64,000 bases of DNA from positions 21,797 through 85,796 of the forward strand of contig CAVVNZ010000006.1 of assembly GCA_963749735.1 (NCBI GenBank). The letters are read 5' to 3'. The DNA is from an uncultured Chloroflexia bacterium (GTDB lineage Bacteria > Chloroflexota > Limnocylindria > Limnocylindrales > CSP1-4). The notes below the pieces were generated by a model. That model searched no databases and was not told the DNA's origin. It saw only the letters and a list, made by a program, of their open reading frames with translations. Below are positions 18,342 to 29,418 of the stretch, one piece after another; the first letter of the stretch is position 1, and every line of letters begins with the position of its first letter. A program made the position numbers and the translations under genes.

Positions 18342-18398
18342 CACGTCCGACACGCAGCCAGGCGCCCGCCCGACCCCTGATCGCGGGAGACGCGCCTG

Positions 18399-19712
18399 AT
18401 GCCGGCGACCGTGATCGTCGGCCTCCAATGGGGTGACGAAGGCAAGGGCAAGACCACCGACTTCCTCGCCGAGCAGGTGGCGATGGCGGTCCGCTACCAG
18501 GGCGGCGACAACGCCGGACACACGGTCGTCCTCGGGGACGAGGTGTTCAAGCTCCGGCTGACCCCGTCCGGCGTGCTCTACCCGCACATCGCCTGCATCA
18601 TCGGCCCGGGGGTCGTGGTCAACCCGGCGACGCTGATCGGCGAGCTCGACATGCTGACCGCGCGCGGTATCGACACCGCCAAGGTCCGGGTCAGTCGCAA
18701 CGCCCACGTGATCATGCCGTACCACGTCGCCCTGGACCGGGCGATGGAGACGCGACTCGACGGCGAGAAGGTCGGGACGACGAACCGCGGGATCGGCCCC
18801 ACCTACGCCGACCGGGCGTCGCGCCTCGGCCTGCGGATGGAGGATCTCCTCGACGAGACGACGTTCCGGCACCGGCTGGCCAAGGTCCTGCCGGATAAGA
18901 ACGCCCTCCTGGCGACGATGCCGGGGACGACGCCGTTCGATGCGGAACCGCTGGTCGCCCAGGCGATGGCCTGGGGCGAGCGCCTGCGACCCCATCTGGC
19001 CGACACGACATGGCTGGTCCAGGACGCGCTCCGTCGCGGGGATCACGTCATCCTCGAGGGCGCCCAGGGCACCCTCCTCGACATCGACCACGGCAGCTAC
19101 CCGTACGTGACCTCGTCCAATCCGATCGCCGGCGGTGCCTGCACCGGTGGTGGGATCGGACCCCTCCAGGTCGACGAGGTCATCGGGGTCATGAAGGCCT
19201 ATACGACCCGGGTCGGCTCGGGCCCGTACCCGACGGAGCTCACCGACGAGATCGGCAGCGGCATCGCCGAACGAGGACACGAGTTCGGGACCGTGACCGG
19301 TCGGCCGCGCCGGGTCGGCTGGTTCGACGCGGTCGCGCTGCGCTTCGCGGTCGCCGTCAACAGCGTGAGCAGCATCATGCTCAACAAGATCGACATCCTG
19401 TCGGGCATCGACGAGATCCTGCTGTGCGTGGCGTACGAGATCGACGGGCAGCGGGTCGACCATTGGCCGTCGAGCGCCGAGGTCCTGGCCAGGGCCCGGC
19501 CGATCTACGAGCGCTTCCCCGGCTGGTCCGAGCCCATCAACGCCGTGCGGACGCTCGCCGAGCTGCCGGAGAACGCCCGGCGCTACGTGACCGCGCTCGA
19601 GGTCGCGGCGGGGGTCCCGATCGTACTGGTCTCCGTCGGGCCCGAGCGGACGCAGACGATCGAGCGCGCCTATCGCCCGATGCGCCATCGTCCGACGGTC
19701 GCGACCGGATGA
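18399..19712 (+). CDS. purA: Adenylosuccinate synthetase
   Basis: GLQWGDEGKGK, QGGDNAGHT, EGAQGT, DHGSYPYVTSS, TTRVGSGP, GTVTGRPRR. Confidence 0.97.
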   Translation: MPATVIVGLQWGDEGKGKTTDFLAEQVAMAVRYQGGDNAGHTVVLGDEVFKLRLTPSGVLYPHIACIIGPGVVVNPATLIGELDMLTARGIDTAKVRVSRNAHVIMPYHVALDRAMETRLDGEKVGTTNRGIGPTYADRASRLGLRMEDLLDETTFRHRLAKVLPDKNALLATMPGTTPFDAEPLVAQAMAWGERLRPHLADTTWLVQDALRRGDHVILEGAQGTLLDIDHGSYPYVTSSNPIAGGACTGGGIGPLQVDEVIGVMKAYTTRVGSGPYPTELTDEIGSGIAERGHEFGTVTGRPRRVGWFDAVALRFAVAVNSVSSIMLNKIDILSGIDEILLCVAYEIDGQRVDHWPSSAEVLARARPIYERFPGWSEPINAVRTLAELPENARRYVTALEVAAGVPIVLVSVGPERTQTIERAYRPMRHRPTVATG

Positions 19713-21109
19713 GCCTCCCGATCATGCCGACCCGGATCCTCGTCGTCGGCGGAGGCGCCCGCGAGCACGCGCTCGCCTGGAAGCTCGCCGCAGAGCCCGG
19801 GGTCAACGAGGTGGCCGTGGCCCCGGGCAGCGCCGCGATCGGCGCCGAGCCGCGCGTGCGGACGCTGCGGGAGGCCGATGCGCTCATGCCGGCGGCCATC
19901 GTCGCGGCCGCGCGCGGCCATGCCTCCGAGCTCGTCGTCATCGGGCCGGAAGCTCCGCTCGAGGCGGGGGTCGCCGATGCCCTGACCGACGCCGGGATCG
20001 CGGTGTTCGGTCCCAGCCGGGCCGCCGCGCGGATCGAGACGAGCAAGGCGTTCTGCCACGACGTCGCCCTCGCGGCAGGCGTCCGGATGGCCGCCAGTGC
20101 GGCGTTCGCGGCGGGTGAGCTCGAGGCCGCGCTCGCCTATGCAGCGGCCCTCGCCGCGACCGGTCGGGGACTCGTGGTCAAGGCCGACGGCCTGGCGGCC
20201 GGCAAGGGCGTGACGGTCTGCGACGATCTGGCCGCGGCGGCCGATGCCCTCGTCGGCGCGCTGGGGCAGGCGCCCGACCCGGCGGCAGGGTCGGCCGGAG
20301 CCCCCCGCGTGGTGGTCGAGGAGCGCCTGTTCGGCCCCGAGGTCAGCGTGATCGCCGTGACCGACGGACGACGCGGTGTCGCGCTGCCGGCCGCTCGAGA
20401 CCACAAGCGACTCGGCGACGGCGATCATGGCCCGAACACGGGCGGGATGGGTGCGTTCAGCCCGGTGCCCGATCTGCCGGACGACGAGGCGGCGCGACTA
20501 CTCGCGGGGTTCCACCTGCCCATCCTGGCCGAGCTCGACCGACGCGGGACGCCGTTCCGCGGATTCCTGTACGCCGGGCTGATCCTGACCGACGACGGCG
20601 CCGTCCTCCTCGAGTGCAACGCCCGTCTGGGCGACCCGGAGGCCCAGGTCATCCTGCCGCGGCTCGCCGGCCCGCTCGGGCCGGTGCTCCTCGCCGCCGC
20701 GCTGGGCGACCTCGGCCCGGTCCTCGAGCGTCTCCCGGCCGGCAGCCTGTCGCTTCCGACGTTGCCCGGCGCCGCCGTCGGGGTCGTCCTCGCGGCCGAG
20801 GGGTATCCGGGGACGCCCAAGCGTGGTCAGACCATCGCGGGCCTCGACGAGGCGGCCCGGCTCGGCTGCCTCGTCTTCCACGCAGGAACGCTCGCTCGAC
20901 CTCCGAACGGCTACGCCACCAATGGCGGCCGGGTCCTGACGGTCGTCGGTCGCGGCGACGACCTGGTCTCGGCGCGAGCCCTCGCCGAGCGCGGCGCCGA
21001 TGCGGTCGCCTGGGATGGGCTCCAACGGCGCCACGACATCGGGCTGGATCCGGGCCCGGACACGGGCGAGCCCGCCGCGGCGGTCGCGATCCCGGGCGGT
21101 GCGCGATGA
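19709..21109 (+). CDS. purD: Phosphoribosylamine-glycine ligase
   Basis: GGGAREHAL, GPEAPL, KADGLAAGKGV, DHKR..GPNTGGMG, GDPEAQ, TNGGRVL. Confidence 0.96.
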   Translation: MSLPIMPTRILVVGGGAREHALAWKLAAEPGVNEVAVAPGSAAIGAEPRVRTLREADALMPAAIVAAARGHASELVVIGPEAPLEAGVADALTDAGIAVFGPSRAAARIETSKAFCHDVALAAGVRMAASAAFAAGELEAALAYAAALAATGRGLVVKADGLAAGKGVTVCDDLAAAADALVGALGQAPDPAAGSAGAPRVVVEERLFGPEVSVIAVTDGRRGVALPAARDHKRLGDGDHGPNTGGMGAFSPVPDLPDDEAARLLAGFHLPILAELDRRGTPFRGFLYAGLILTDDGAVLLECNARLGDPEAQVILPRLAGPLGPVLLAAALGDLGPVLERLPAGSLSLPTLPGAAVGVVLAAEGYPGTPKRGQTIAGLDEAARLGCLVFHAGTLARPPNGYATNGGRVLTVVGRGDDLVSARALAERGADAVAWDGLQRRHDIGLDPGPDTGEPAAAVAIPGGAR

Positions 21110-22419
21110 TCCGCCGCTACACGCTGCCGGAGATGGGCGCCGTGTGGTCCGAGGCCGCCCGGTTCGAGGGGATGCTCAAGGTCGAGCTCGCCGTCGCCCG
21201 GGCCCAGGTCGGTCGCGGTCTCGTCCCGGCCGAGGCGTTCGCGGCGATCGAGAGCCGCGCCCGGATCGACCTCGACCGGATCGCCGAGATCGAACAGACC
21301 ACCGACCATGACGTGATCGCCTTCGTGAGCCAGGTCGCCGAGACGGTCGGGCCGGAGGGTCGCTATCTCCACCTCGGGCTGACCAGCAGCGACGTCGTCG
21401 ACACAGGGCTCGCCCTCCAGCTGCGCGCCGCCGGGGAACGACTCCTCGGCGATTGCGATCGGCTCCTCGTCGCGCTCGTCGCCCGGGCACGGACCGAGGC
21501 GGCGACCGTGATGATGGGACGTACCCACTCGGTCCACGCGGAGCCGACGACGCTCGGGGCGAAGATGGCCGGCTGGGCCTTCGAGCTCGACCGCGACCGA
21601 CGGCGGCTGGCCGACGCGGTCGCCGAGATCGCCACCGGCAAGATCTCCGGCCCGGTCGGCACCTACAGCCACCTCGACCCCGAGTTCGAGGCCGAGGTCC
21701 TGGCCGCCCTGGAGCTGCGCGTCGATCCGGTCAGCACGCAGATCGTCCAACGCGACCGCCACGCGGCGCTGCTGGTCGCGATCGCGATCACCGGCGGTTC
21801 GCTCGAGCGGTTCGCGACCGAGGTGCGCAACCTCCAGCACACGGAGATCGACGAGCTCCAGGAGCCCTTCCGCGCCGGCCAGAAGGGCTCGAGCGCGATG
21901 CCCCACAAGCGCAACCCGATCCTGTCCGAGCGGATCGCCGGATTGGCCCGGCTCCTTCGGGGGTATGCCGGAACGGCCCTCGAGGACCAGCCGCTGTGGC
22001 ACGAGCGCGACATCAGTCACAGCTCGGCGGAGCGCGTCCTCCTCCCGGACGCGACCATCCTGCTCGACTACATGCTGGTCAGGATGACCGGCCTCATCGA
22101 CGGGCTGATCGCCCGGCCCGAGCGGATGCGGGAGAACATCGAGCGGGGGCTCGGCCTCCATGCCTCGTCCCGGGTCCTCGTCGCGCTGGTCGAGGTCGGA
22201 GGCCTGAGCCGCGAGGACGCCTACGCGATCGTCCAGCGCTGCGCTCTTCGGGCGGCCGATGAGCGACAGCCGCTGCGCGAGCTCCTGGCGACCGATCCGG
22301 CCGTCGCCCGACTGCTGCCGCTGGGGCGGCTCGACGAGTGCTTCGACGACGCAGCGTTCCTCCGTCACGTGCCGACGATCGTGGCCCGGCTCGACCGGAT
22401 CGAGGCGACCGCGAGATGA
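21106..22419 (+). CDS. purB: Adenylosuccinate lyase
   Basis: MIRRY, HDVIAF, HLGLTSSD, GRTH..HAEPTT, GSSAMPHKRNP. Confidence 0.97.
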   Translation: MIRRYTLPEMGAVWSEAARFEGMLKVELAVARAQVGRGLVPAEAFAAIESRARIDLDRIAEIEQTTDHDVIAFVSQVAETVGPEGRYLHLGLTSSDVVDTGLALQLRAAGERLLGDCDRLLVALVARARTEAATVMMGRTHSVHAEPTTLGAKMAGWAFELDRDRRRLADAVAEIATGKISGPVGTYSHLDPEFEAEVLAALELRVDPVSTQIVQRDRHAALLVAIAITGGSLERFATEVRNLQHTEIDELQEPFRAGQKGSSAMPHKRNPILSERIAGLARLLRGYAGTALEDQPLWHERDISHSSAERVLLPDATILLDYMLVRMTGLIDGLIARPERMRENIERGLGLHASSRVLVALVEVGGLSREDAYAIVQRCALRAADERQPLRELLATDPAVARLLPLGRLDECFDDAAFLRHVPTIVARLDRIEATAR

Positions 22420-23366
22420 GCGCGCCCGTCGGCTTCGTCCGCTCGGGCAAGGTCCGAGACCTGTACGCCCTGGACGACGCTCGACTCCTGCTCGTCGCCT
22501 CCGATCGACTGTCGGCGTTCGACGTCGTCCTGCCGACGCCGATCCCGGACAAGGGTCGCGTCCTCACCGGCCTGTCGCGGTTCTGGTTCGCCGAGACCAC
22601 CTCGATCGTCGCCAACCACCTGCTGTCGGTCGACGTCGGCCGGCTCGATCCCGGCTCCGTGCCGGTCGAACCGAGCGGTCTGCGCGGTCGATCGATGATC
22701 TGTCGCCGGGCCCAGGTGCTCCCGATCGAGGTCATCGTCCGCGGCTACCTCGCCGGCTCCGGCTGGAAGGACTACGGACGCACGCGGGCGATCGGCGGTC
22801 AACGTCTGCCGATCGGCCTGCGCGAGAGCGACCGTCTGCCGGAACCCATCCTGACCCCGTCGACCAAGGCCGAGGCGGGCCACCACGACGAGAACATCGA
22901 CCTGTCGACGATGGTCGACCACCTCGCGGTCGTCGAGCTCGACGGCCACCCGCTCGGCTTCGCGGCGGCGGACGAGCTGACCGAGCGGATCCGCGATCGG
23001 GCGATCGCCCTGTATCGCTTCGGGGCGGCCGTCGCGGCCCGGGCCGGGATCCTCCTGGCCGACACGAAGTTCGAGTTCGGCCTGCTGCCCGACGGGCAGC
23101 TCGTCCTGATCGACGAGGTCCTCACGCCGGATTCGTCGCGCTTCTGGGATGCTGCGGCGTACGAGCCGGGACGCTCCCAGGCGAGCTACGACAAGCAATA
23201 CGTCCGCGACTGGCTCGAAGCCCAGCCGTGGGACAAGACCGCGCCGGGTCCGGCGCTGCCGGTCGAGGTGGTCACCGGTACGCGGGCCCGCTACGTCGAA
23301 GCCTTCGAACGGATCACCGGCGCGTCGTTCGCGCGTTATCTCGAGGAGGACGTCATCGCCCGATGA
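22416..23366 (+). CDS. purC: SAICAR synthetase
   Basis: GKVRDLY, SDRLSAFD, RGYLAGSGW, TPSTKA, DTKFEFG, DEVLTPDSSRFW. Confidence 0.96.
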   Translation: MSAPVGFVRSGKVRDLYALDDARLLLVASDRLSAFDVVLPTPIPDKGRVLTGLSRFWFAETTSIVANHLLSVDVGRLDPGSVPVEPSGLRGRSMICRRAQVLPIEVIVRGYLAGSGWKDYGRTRAIGGQRLPIGLRESDRLPEPILTPSTKAEAGHHDENIDLSTMVDHLAVVELDGHPLGFAAADELTERIRDRAIALYRFGAAVAARAGILLADTKFEFGLLPDGQLVLIDEVLTPDSSRFWDAAAYEPGRSQASYDKQYVRDWLEAQPWDKTAPGPALPVEVVTGTRARYVEAFERITGASFARYLEEDVIAR

Positions 23367-23668
23367 GCACCACGACGGCATTCCGGTACGCGGTCAATGT
23401 CACGCCGAAGGACGGCATCCTCGACCCACAGGGCCGGGCCGTCGAGGGGAGCCTGCCCCATCTCGGGGTGACCGGCGTGTCCGGGATCCGGGTGGGCCGG
23501 CGCGTCGAGCTGACCGTCGAGGCCCCGACCGAGGCGGGCGCGCGGGCCGTCGTGGAGGGCCTCGCCAGCGAGCTGCTCAGCAATCCGCTCATCGAGACGT
23601 TCACGATCGAGCTCCTTGGAGAGCTCTCGGCGACGACCTCCTCGGCCGGCGACGGCGGTCCCGCCTGA
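23363..23668 (+). CDS. purS: FGAM synthase subunit PurS
   Basis: ILDPQGRAV, LLSNPLIE. Confidence 0.93.
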   Translation: MSTTTAFRYAVNVTPKDGILDPQGRAVEGSLPHLGVTGVSGIRVGRRVELTVEAPTEAGARAVVEGLASELLSNPLIETFTIELLGELSATTSSAGDGGPA

Positions 23669-24417
23669 TGGTCCGCATCGGCGTCGTCCTGTTCCCCGGA
23701 TCGAACCGCGACGTCGACGCGGTCAATGCGCTCCGGGTGGCCGGCGCTGAGCCCGTCGTCCTGTGGCACGAGTCGGCGGACCTCCAGGGTGTCGACGGGA
23801 TCGTCCTGCCCGGCGGCTTCGCCTACGGCGACTACCTCCGGGCCGGGGTGATCGCCCGGTTCTCGCCGGTCATGCGGGCCGTGGCGGCGTTCGCCGGCCA
23901 GGGCGGGCACGTCCTGGGCATCTGCAACGGCTTCCAGGTCCTGACCGAGGCCGGCCTCCTGCCCGGCGCGCTCCTGCGCAATCGGTCGCTGCGGTTCGTG
24001 TCGCGCGAGATCGCGATCATGGCCGAGCGCCTCGACTCGCCGTTCACCCGGGCGATCGACGCGCGTCGCCCGCTGCGCATGCCCGTGGCTCACGGCGAGG
24101 GCTGCTATTACGCCGACCCGGGCGCCCTCGACGCGCTCGAGGCGGACGGCGGGGTCCTGTTCCGCTATGTTCACCTCGACGGCAGGGTCGCCGGCGGCGA
24201 GGACGATCGAGCCAACCCGAATGGATCGCTCCGGGCGATCGCCGGCGTGACGAACGCGGCCGGCAACGTCGCGGGTCTGATGCCGCACCCGGAGACCGCG
24301 GTCGAGACGGTCCTCGGGACCGACGACGGGCTCGGGATCATCCGCTCTCTCGTCGACGCAGCGGCCGAACGAGCGCACGGCGATCACCCGGCCATCGTCA
24401 GCGTGGCCGCCCGATGA
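23668..24417 (+). CDS. purQ: FGAM synthase glutaminase subunit
   Basis: [38 protein letters not shown]. Confidence 0.96.
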   Translation: MVRIGVVLFPGSNRDVDAVNALRVAGAEPVVLWHESADLQGVDGIVLPGGFAYGDYLRAGVIARFSPVMRAVAAFAGQGGHVLGICNGFQVLTEAGLLPGALLRNRSLRFVSREIAIMAERLDSPFTRAIDARRPLRMPVAHGEGCYYADPGALDALEADGGVLFRYVHLDGRVAGGEDDRANPNGSLRAIAGVTNAAGNVAGLMPHPETAVETVLGTDDGLGIIRSLVDAAAERAHGDHPAIVSVAAR

Positions 24418-26795
24418 GCGCACGGTCGATGAGCACCGTGGCCGTGCCGCCGGTCGTCGATGAGCCGCTCCACCGACGCCTCGGCGTGACCGACCAGGAG
24501 CTGGGGGTGATCGAGACGAAGCTCGGTCGGCCGCCGAACGACCTCGAGCTGGCGATGTTCAGCGTGATGTGGAGCGAGCACTGCTCGTACAAGAGCTCGA
24601 AGCCGCTCCTCCGGACGCTGCCGACCGCGGGCGAGGGCGTGGTCGCCGGGCCCGGCGAGAACGCCGGCGTCATCTCGATCGGGGACGGTCTGGCCGTCGC
24701 GTTCAAGATCGAGTCGCACAACCATCCGAGCGCCGTCGAGCCCTACCAGGGGGCCGCCACCGGCGTCGGCGGGATCCTCCGCGACATCTTCACGATGGGT
24801 GCGCGGCCGATCGCGGTCCTTGACGCGCTGCGCTTCGGTGACCCGTCCGACCCGCACACCCGGCATCTCGTCAACGGGGTGGTCCGCGGGGTCGGCGGCT
24901 ACGGCAACTGCGTCGGCGTCCCGACCGTCGGCGGCGAGCTCGTGTTCGACCCGACCTACGGCGGAAACCCGCTGGTCAACGTCATGGCGATCGGGCTGCT
25001 CGATGAGCGGCTGCTGACCCTCGCCTCGGCTCCCGGACCTGGGAACCTCGTGGTCCTGTTCGGGTCGACGACCGGCCGCGACGGGATCGGCGGGGCGTCG
25101 GTCCTCGCCTCGGCCACGTTCGGTGCCGATGAACCGTCCAAGCGCCCGACGGTCCAGGTCGGCGACCCGTTCGCCGAGAAGCTGCTCATCGAGGCGAGCC
25201 TCGAGCTGATCGAGCGGGGCCTGGTCGAGGGTCTTCAGGACCTCGGCGCCGGCGGGATCACCTGCGCGACCTCCGAGACCGCCGATCGAGCCGGCACGGG
25301 GATCCTGGTCGATCTCGATGCGATCCCGCGTCGCGAGCCGGGGATGGCCCCGTTCGAGGTGATGATCTCGGAATCCCAGGAACGGATGCTCGCGGTCATC
25401 CGCCCCGAGCGGTGGGAGGCCGTCCGGGACGTCTGCCTCCGGTGGGGTCTGCCCGTGGCGATCATCGGCCGGGTCACCGCCGACGGCGACGTGACGATCG
25501 TCGAGGGCGGTCTCGACCCGGACGGCCGGCCGGCGGCGGCGGCCGTCGAGATCGCCCGGATCCCGGCGCCCGCGCTGACCAGCGAGGCGATCGTCCACGA
25601 CCGCCTGGCGACCCCACCGCCGCGTCGCCGGGCCGCCCCGGCCCCCGGCAGCGCCGACGAATCGAGCGCGGGCCTTCCCGAGCGGGGGATGGATCCCGGT
25701 GCCGTCCTGGTGTCGCTGCTCGGCGGGCCCAACCTGTCGAGCCGGCAATGGGTCCACGAGCAGTACGACAGCCACGTCCAGGCGAACACCGTCGCCGGTC
25801 CGGGGCACGGCGCCGCCGTCCTCCGGATCAAGGGCACCACGAAGGCGCTGGTCGCCTCGACGGATGGCAACCAGTCGGTCGGGCAGGTCGATCCGTGGCT
25901 CGGCGCCGCGCTGAGCGTCGCCGAGGCGACCCGCAACGTGTCGATCACCGGCGCCCGCCCGCTGGGCGTCACGAACTGCCTCAACTACGGCGATCCGACC
26001 CGTCCCGAGGCGTTCTGGCAGCTCCAGGAGGGCGTCCGCGGGCTCGGCGACGCCTGTCGCGCCCTGAGGCTGCCGGTGACCGGCGGGAACGTGTCCCTGT
26101 ACAACGAGTCGCCCGCCGGGGCGATCGCCCCGACGCCCGAGATCGGGGTGGTCGGCCTGCTCGACGACGTGGCCACCCGCGTCGGACCCGGCTTCACCGC
26201 GACCGGCGACTCGGTCGTCCTGGTCGGCTCGTCGACGCCCGGGTTGCTGGGCAGCGCCTACGCCGAGCTCGCCGGCCTCGCGTCCGAGGACGGTCCGCCG
26301 TCGCTCGACCTGGCGCGCGAGAGAGCGCTCCAGGCCTTCATCCGTGAGGCGATCGGCCGCGGCCTCGTCGCCTCCGCCCAGGACGTCAGCGGGGGAGGGC
26401 TCGCCGTGGCGATCGCCGAAGCGTGCATCTGGGGACCCGAGAGCGGCATCGGGGCGGTCCTCCGCCTGCCGATCGCCGGTGCCCCGGCGGTCGAGCTGTT
26501 CGGCGAGAGCCCGTCGAGGCTCATCGCGAGCTGTCGCCCGCGGCACGCCCCGGCGCTGATGCTGCTCGCCCGCCAGCACGGGCTCCCGGTCGACGAGCTC
26601 GGCTCGGTGGGGGGCGACCGGCTCTTCATCGAGCTGGCCGGCCTCGGCGCGACCGGGGCAGCCGAGGAGCGCGGATCGCGGATCGCCGATGCGGTCGATG
26701 TCCCGGTGGCGGACCTGGCTCACGCCTGGGGGTCCGGGCTCGCCCGGGCGCTCGGTGAGGACGGCCGGTCGGCCTCATTGCCGGAGGACCGCTAG
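24414..26795 (+). CDS. purL: FGAM synthase subunit PurL
   Basis: [48 protein letters not shown]. Confidence 0.97.
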   Translation: MSARSMSTVAVPPVVDEPLHRRLGVTDQELGVIETKLGRPPNDLELAMFSVMWSEHCSYKSSKPLLRTLPTAGEGVVAGPGENAGVISIGDGLAVAFKIESHNHPSAVEPYQGAATGVGGILRDIFTMGARPIAVLDALRFGDPSDPHTRHLVNGVVRGVGGYGNCVGVPTVGGELVFDPTYGGNPLVNVMAIGLLDERLLTLASAPGPGNLVVLFGSTTGRDGIGGASVLASATFGADEPSKRPTVQVGDPFAEKLLIEASLELIERGLVEGLQDLGAGGITCATSETADRAGTGILVDLDAIPRREPGMAPFEVMISESQERMLAVIRPERWEAVRDVCLRWGLPVAIIGRVTADGDVTIVEGGLDPDGRPAAAAVEIARIPAPALTSEAIVHDRLATPPPRRRAAPAPGSADESSAGLPERGMDPGAVLVSLLGGPNLSSRQWVHEQYDSHVQANTVAGPGHGAAVLRIKGTTKALVASTDGNQSVGQVDPWLGAALSVAEATRNVSITGARPLGVTNCLNYGDPTRPEAFWQLQEGVRGLGDACRALRLPVTGGNVSLYNESPAGAIAPTPEIGVVGLLDDVATRVGPGFTATGDSVVLVGSSTPGLLGSAYAELAGLASEDGPPSLDLARERALQAFIREAIGRGLVASAQDVSGGGLAVAIAEACIWGPESGIGAVLRLPIAGAPAVELFGESPSRLIASCRPRHAPALMLLARQHGLPVDELGSVGGDRLFIELAGLGATGAAEERGSRIADAVDVPVADLAHAWGSGLARALGEDGRSASLPEDR

Positions 26796-28298
26796 ATGTG
26801 CGGCGTGTTCGGGGTCGTCCTGCCGTCCGGCCGCGACGCCGAGGCCGCCCAGATCGCCGCGCTCGGACTGTTCGCCCTCCAGCATCGCGGGCAGGAGTCC
26901 GCCGGGGTGGCCGTCAGCGACGGTCGCGAGCTGATGCTCTACAAGGATCTGGGGATGATCGCCACGGTCCTCGACGAGCGACGCCTCCCCAGCCTGCGCG
27001 GGAACCTGGCCATCGCTCACTGTCGCTACTCGACGACCGGCTCGACGGTCTGGGAGAACGCCCAGCCGACCTTCCGGCTCGGCCCCCGACGGGCGGTCGC
27101 GATCGGTCACAACGGTAACCTGGTCAACACGCGCGATCTCCTCGGCCAGCTGCGCGGTGGGCGGACCCGCCTGCCCGCATCGACCGATACGGAGCTGCTG
27201 ACCGCGCTCCTGGCGGACGAGCCGGCTGCGGACACCGTCGACGCCCTCGTCCGGGTCCTGCCGCGGGTGCGCGGCGCGTACAGCCTGGTCGTCCTCGACG
27301 AGCGTCGGGTCATCGGCGTCCGCGACCCGTTCGGGTTCCGGCCGCTCGTCCTCGGCCGGCTGCCGGCTCCGGACGCGATCGACGGGGCCGTCGAGCCCGG
27401 CCTGTGGGGTGATGACGACGCCGGCGCCGGTTGGATCCTCAGCTCCGAGACGACGGGGCTCGACATCGTCGGCGCCGAGTTCGTGCGCGACGTGGAGCCC
27501 GGCGAGATCGTCGTCCTCGAGCCGGGCCGCGCCCCACGCTCGGTCCGGTTCGCCGACGCGAAGCCGGCGCTGTGCGTCTTCGAGCTGATCTACTTCGCCC
27601 GACCGGACTCGTACATGGAGGGTCGGAACCTCTACGAGGCACGCCGGAAGATGGGGATGCAGCTGGCCGACGAGCATCCGGTCGCGACCGACCTGGTGAT
27701 GCCGGTCCCGGACACGGGTGCGCCGGCCGCGGCGGGGTACGCGGAGCGCTCCGGCATCCCGTACCGCGAGGGCCTGGTCCGCAACCGCTACACCGGACGG
27801 ACGTTCATCCAGCCTTCCCAGACGCTGCGCCATCGGGGCGTGACGATGAAGCTCAACCCGCTGCGCGAGGTCGTCCGCGGGCAGCGCCTGACCGTCGTCG
27901 ACGATTCGATCGTCCGCGGGACGACGACCAAGCAGATCGTCGCGCTTCTGCGCAAGGCGGGTGCGGCCGAGGTCCATGTCCGGATCAGCGCCCCGCCGAT
28001 CTACCACCCGTGCTTCTACGGGATCGACACGCAGATCGAGACCGAGCTCATCGCCTCGACCCACTCCACCGAGCAGATCCGCGAGTTCATCGGTGCCGAT
28101 TCGCTGGGCTACCTGTCGATCGCCGGGGTCCTGGCCGCGCTCGACCTGCCCTACGACCGGTTCTGCTTCGCGTGCTTCGACGGCAACTACCCAGAACCGG
28201 TCCCGTATGACGCCAGGAGCCGGAAGTTCATGCTCGAGGAGGAACCCGGGTCGGGCCTGGCACTGCCGATCGCCCCCGGGTCCGGTGGGCGTGGCTGA
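26796..28298 (+). CDS. purF: Amidophosphoribosyltransferase
   Basis: N-terminal MCG, LQHRGQE, RYSTTG, HNGNL, VDDSIVRGTT, Fe-S Cys motifs. Confidence 0.97.
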   Translation: MCGVFGVVLPSGRDAEAAQIAALGLFALQHRGQESAGVAVSDGRELMLYKDLGMIATVLDERRLPSLRGNLAIAHCRYSTTGSTVWENAQPTFRLGPRRAVAIGHNGNLVNTRDLLGQLRGGRTRLPASTDTELLTALLADEPAADTVDALVRVLPRVRGAYSLVVLDERRVIGVRDPFGFRPLVLGRLPAPDAIDGAVEPGLWGDDDAGAGWILSSETTGLDIVGAEFVRDVEPGEIVVLEPGRAPRSVRFADAKPALCVFELIYFARPDSYMEGRNLYEARRKMGMQLADEHPVATDLVMPVPDTGAPAAAGYAERSGIPYREGLVRNRYTGRTFIQPSQTLRHRGVTMKLNPLREVVRGQRLTVVDDSIVRGTTTKQIVALLRKAGAAEVHVRISAPPIYHPCFYGIDTQIETELIASTHSTEQIREFIGADSLGYLSIAGVLAALDLPYDRFCFACFDGNYPEPVPYDARSRKFMLEEEPGSGLALPIAPGSGGRG

Positions 28299-29418
28299 TC
28301 GCCGTCGGGCGTACGTCCGGTCGGGCGTCGATGTGACCGCGGGCGAACGGACCGTCGAGCTCATCCGTGACGCGGTCGAATCGACCCGTCGGCCGGAGGT
28401 CCTCGGCGGTCTCGGCGGGTTCGCCGGCGCCGTCGGTCTGCCGGCCGGCATGCGCGACCCGATCCTGGTCAGTGCCACGGACGGGGTCGGGACGAAGACC
28501 GCGATCGCCTCGGCCCTCGACCGCTTCGACACGATCGGGATCGACCTCGTGGCGATGTGCGCCGACGACGTCGTGTGCAGCGGCGCCGCCCCCCTGTTCT
28601 TCCTCGACTACGTCGTCGTCGGGCGGCTCGACCCGGGCAACGTCGCCGAGCTGGTCGGAGGGGTGGCCGCCGGCTGCCGGATCGCCGGTTGTGCCCTGGT
28701 GGGCGGGGAGACGGCAGAGCACCCCGGGATGATGGGCGGCGACGAGTTCGACCTGGCCGGGTTCTGCGTCGGCGTGATGGAGCGTGACCGGTCGATCGAC
28801 GGCTCGGGGATCCGCGCCGGCGATGCGATCGTCGGCCTGGCGGCTTCGGGTCTTCACGCCAACGGCTTCTCGCTCGTGCGGGCGCTCCTGGCCCAGTACG
28901 ACCTCGACCTGCGATCGCCCTACCAGGAACGGCTCCGACGCTCGATCGGGGACGCGGCCACGGAGGCGGCCTTGTCCGCCGAACCGAACCTGTCGCTGGC
29001 GACCCTCGGCGAGGTGCTCCTGACCCCGACGACGATCTATGCGAGCGCGATCCTCCGGTTGCGGACGGCCCTCGAGGCAGCCGGACACGACCTGCTCGGC
29101 GTCGCCCACATCACCGGCGGCGGCCTGCCCGGCAACGTCCCGCGGATGCTCGGCGCCGACCTCGCCGCGCGGATCGACCCGACGACCTGGCCGATGCCGT
29201 CGGTGATGCGCCTGTTCGGGGCCCTCGGCGGCCTCGAGGACGACGAGGTCCGGGCGACGTTCAATGGCGGCCTCGGGATGGCGGTCGCCGTCGCCCCCGG
29301 GGCGATCGACCTCACGGTGGCAGCCCTCGGGGCCGAAGGGATCGCGGCGTGGCAGGTCGGCCACGTCGTGGAGCGCCCGGCGTCGGGCGAGACGTACATC
29401 GAGGGGCTGCTGCGGTGA
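28291..29418 (+). CDS. purM: AIR synthetase
   Basis: Y..SGVD, TDGVGTK, GGETAEHP, GLHANGFSL, AHITGGG, TFNGG. Confidence 0.96.
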   Translation: MADRRRAYVRSGVDVTAGERTVELIRDAVESTRRPEVLGGLGGFAGAVGLPAGMRDPILVSATDGVGTKTAIASALDRFDTIGIDLVAMCADDVVCSGAAPLFFLDYVVVGRLDPGNVAELVGGVAAGCRIAGCALVGGETAEHPGMMGGDEFDLAGFCVGVMERDRSIDGSGIRAGDAIVGLAASGLHANGFSLVRALLAQYDLDLRSPYQERLRRSIGDAATEAALSAEPNLSLATLGEVLLTPTTIYASAILRLRTALEAAGHDLLGVAHITGGGLPGNVPRMLGADLAARIDPTTWPMPSVMRLFGALGGLEDDEVRATFNGGLGMAVAVAPGAIDLTVAALGAEGIAAWQVGHVVERPASGETYIEGLLR

